Positions 63,453-64,000 of a stretch of DNA of 64,000 nucleotides are shown here, piece by piece. The DNA comes from Nitrospirota bacterium (GTDB taxonomy: Bacteria; Nitrospirota; UBA9217). Below the pieces are notes generated by a model. It did no database searches and was not told where the DNA came from. It saw only the letters and a list, made by a program, of their open reading frames with translations. Position 1 is the stretch's first letter, and each line of letters opens with the position of its first letter. The stretch lies in assembly GCA_963796285.1 (NCBI GenBank), contig CAWCKW010000012.1:1728001-1792000 (forward strand), given 5' to 3'. A program made the translations under genes and the position numbers.

Positions 63453-64000
63453 TCATGGTCTTGTAAAAAACGCGGCATGGTTGGAAGTAAATATCGGGGG
63501 GTCCTTTTTCAGGATCGCCGAGACAGCCGGGTGTTTTTTAAATTCAGCATCCAGGAACCGACGCACGGCTTTCCGGTCCCATCCCCGGGGATGCCTAAAT
63601 GCCGTATAGAGTGAAAGGTCTCCCTCATAGAACTTTCCGTCCTCATACGCCCCTGCCTCCTGTCCGCACACCGGCATGTTGAACACCGCAAGGTTCAGGA
63701 ACGTGATCGCATCGCTATGGGCGGCAACGAACGCAAGCGTCTTTCGCGCCTCCCTGATCGTCTCGGCCGGGGTGCCGAAGAGGAGATACACATAGACGGC
63801 GATCCCGGCCGCATGAAGATTTTTCAAGACCAGCGACGCTGTCGCGAGATCGATCCCCTTCCGCAACCTGTCGAGCACTCCCTGATCGCCTGATTCAAGG
63901 CCGAGTTTGAGCATCCTGCACCCTGACCGTTTGAGCGCGCGACAGTAATCAAGGTCCATGAGTTCCTTGCTGATCCTGGCAAAACCATACCACGGGACAC
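63453..64000 (-). CDS. C-terminal part of a (probably B12-binding) radical SAM protein, cut by the window edge
   Basis: WYGFAR, GCRMLKLGLESGDQ..L..LRKG and YLLFGTPAET motifs. Confidence 0.8.
   Translation of the reverse strand, partial: VPWYGFARISKELMDLDYCRALKRSGCRMLKLGLESGDQGVLDRLRKGIDLATASLVLKNLHAAGIAVYVYLLFGTPAETIREARKTLAFVAAHSDAITFLNLAVFNMPVCGQEAGAYEDGKFYEGDLSLYTAFRHPRGWDRKAVRRFLDAEFKKHPAVSAILKKDPPIFTSNHAAFFTRP

Overview
A 64-kb, moderately GC-rich bacterial chromosomal segment made mostly of housekeeping genes. It includes radA, folA, smpB, priA, nrdR, glyA, rpiB, rsmE, pcnB, lemA, trxB, corA, korAB, the ispE-spoVG-tRNA-Gln-prs-rplY-pth-ychF block and the tmk-holB-ricT-metG-tatD block. 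Gene content and order suggest Nitrospirota or a deltaproteobacterial-like anaerobe (inference). At least 14 genes, several of them essential, are split by single-base indels, which are most likely assembly errors. No CRISPR array, rRNA, transposase or prophage was seen. Signals that the ORF track does not show: (1) a 20-aa Cys-tipped peptide gene with its own RBS and terminator directly behind a radical SAM/SPASM enzyme, a candidate undescribed RiPP system; (2) a ~310-nt extensively base-paired intergenic RNA with a promoter and U-tract that matches no ncRNA class I recognise; (3) a coupled histidine kinase / REC-TPR-HEPN-like response regulator / MotB-OmpA-like operon; (4) a 72-aa glutaredoxin-like selenoprotein with two in-frame UGA codons and SECIS-like hairpins; (5) a structured leader upstream of an Ig-repeat lipoprotein; (6) a matching pair of ECF sigma promoters; (7) families of intergenic periodic-repeat hairpin elements.
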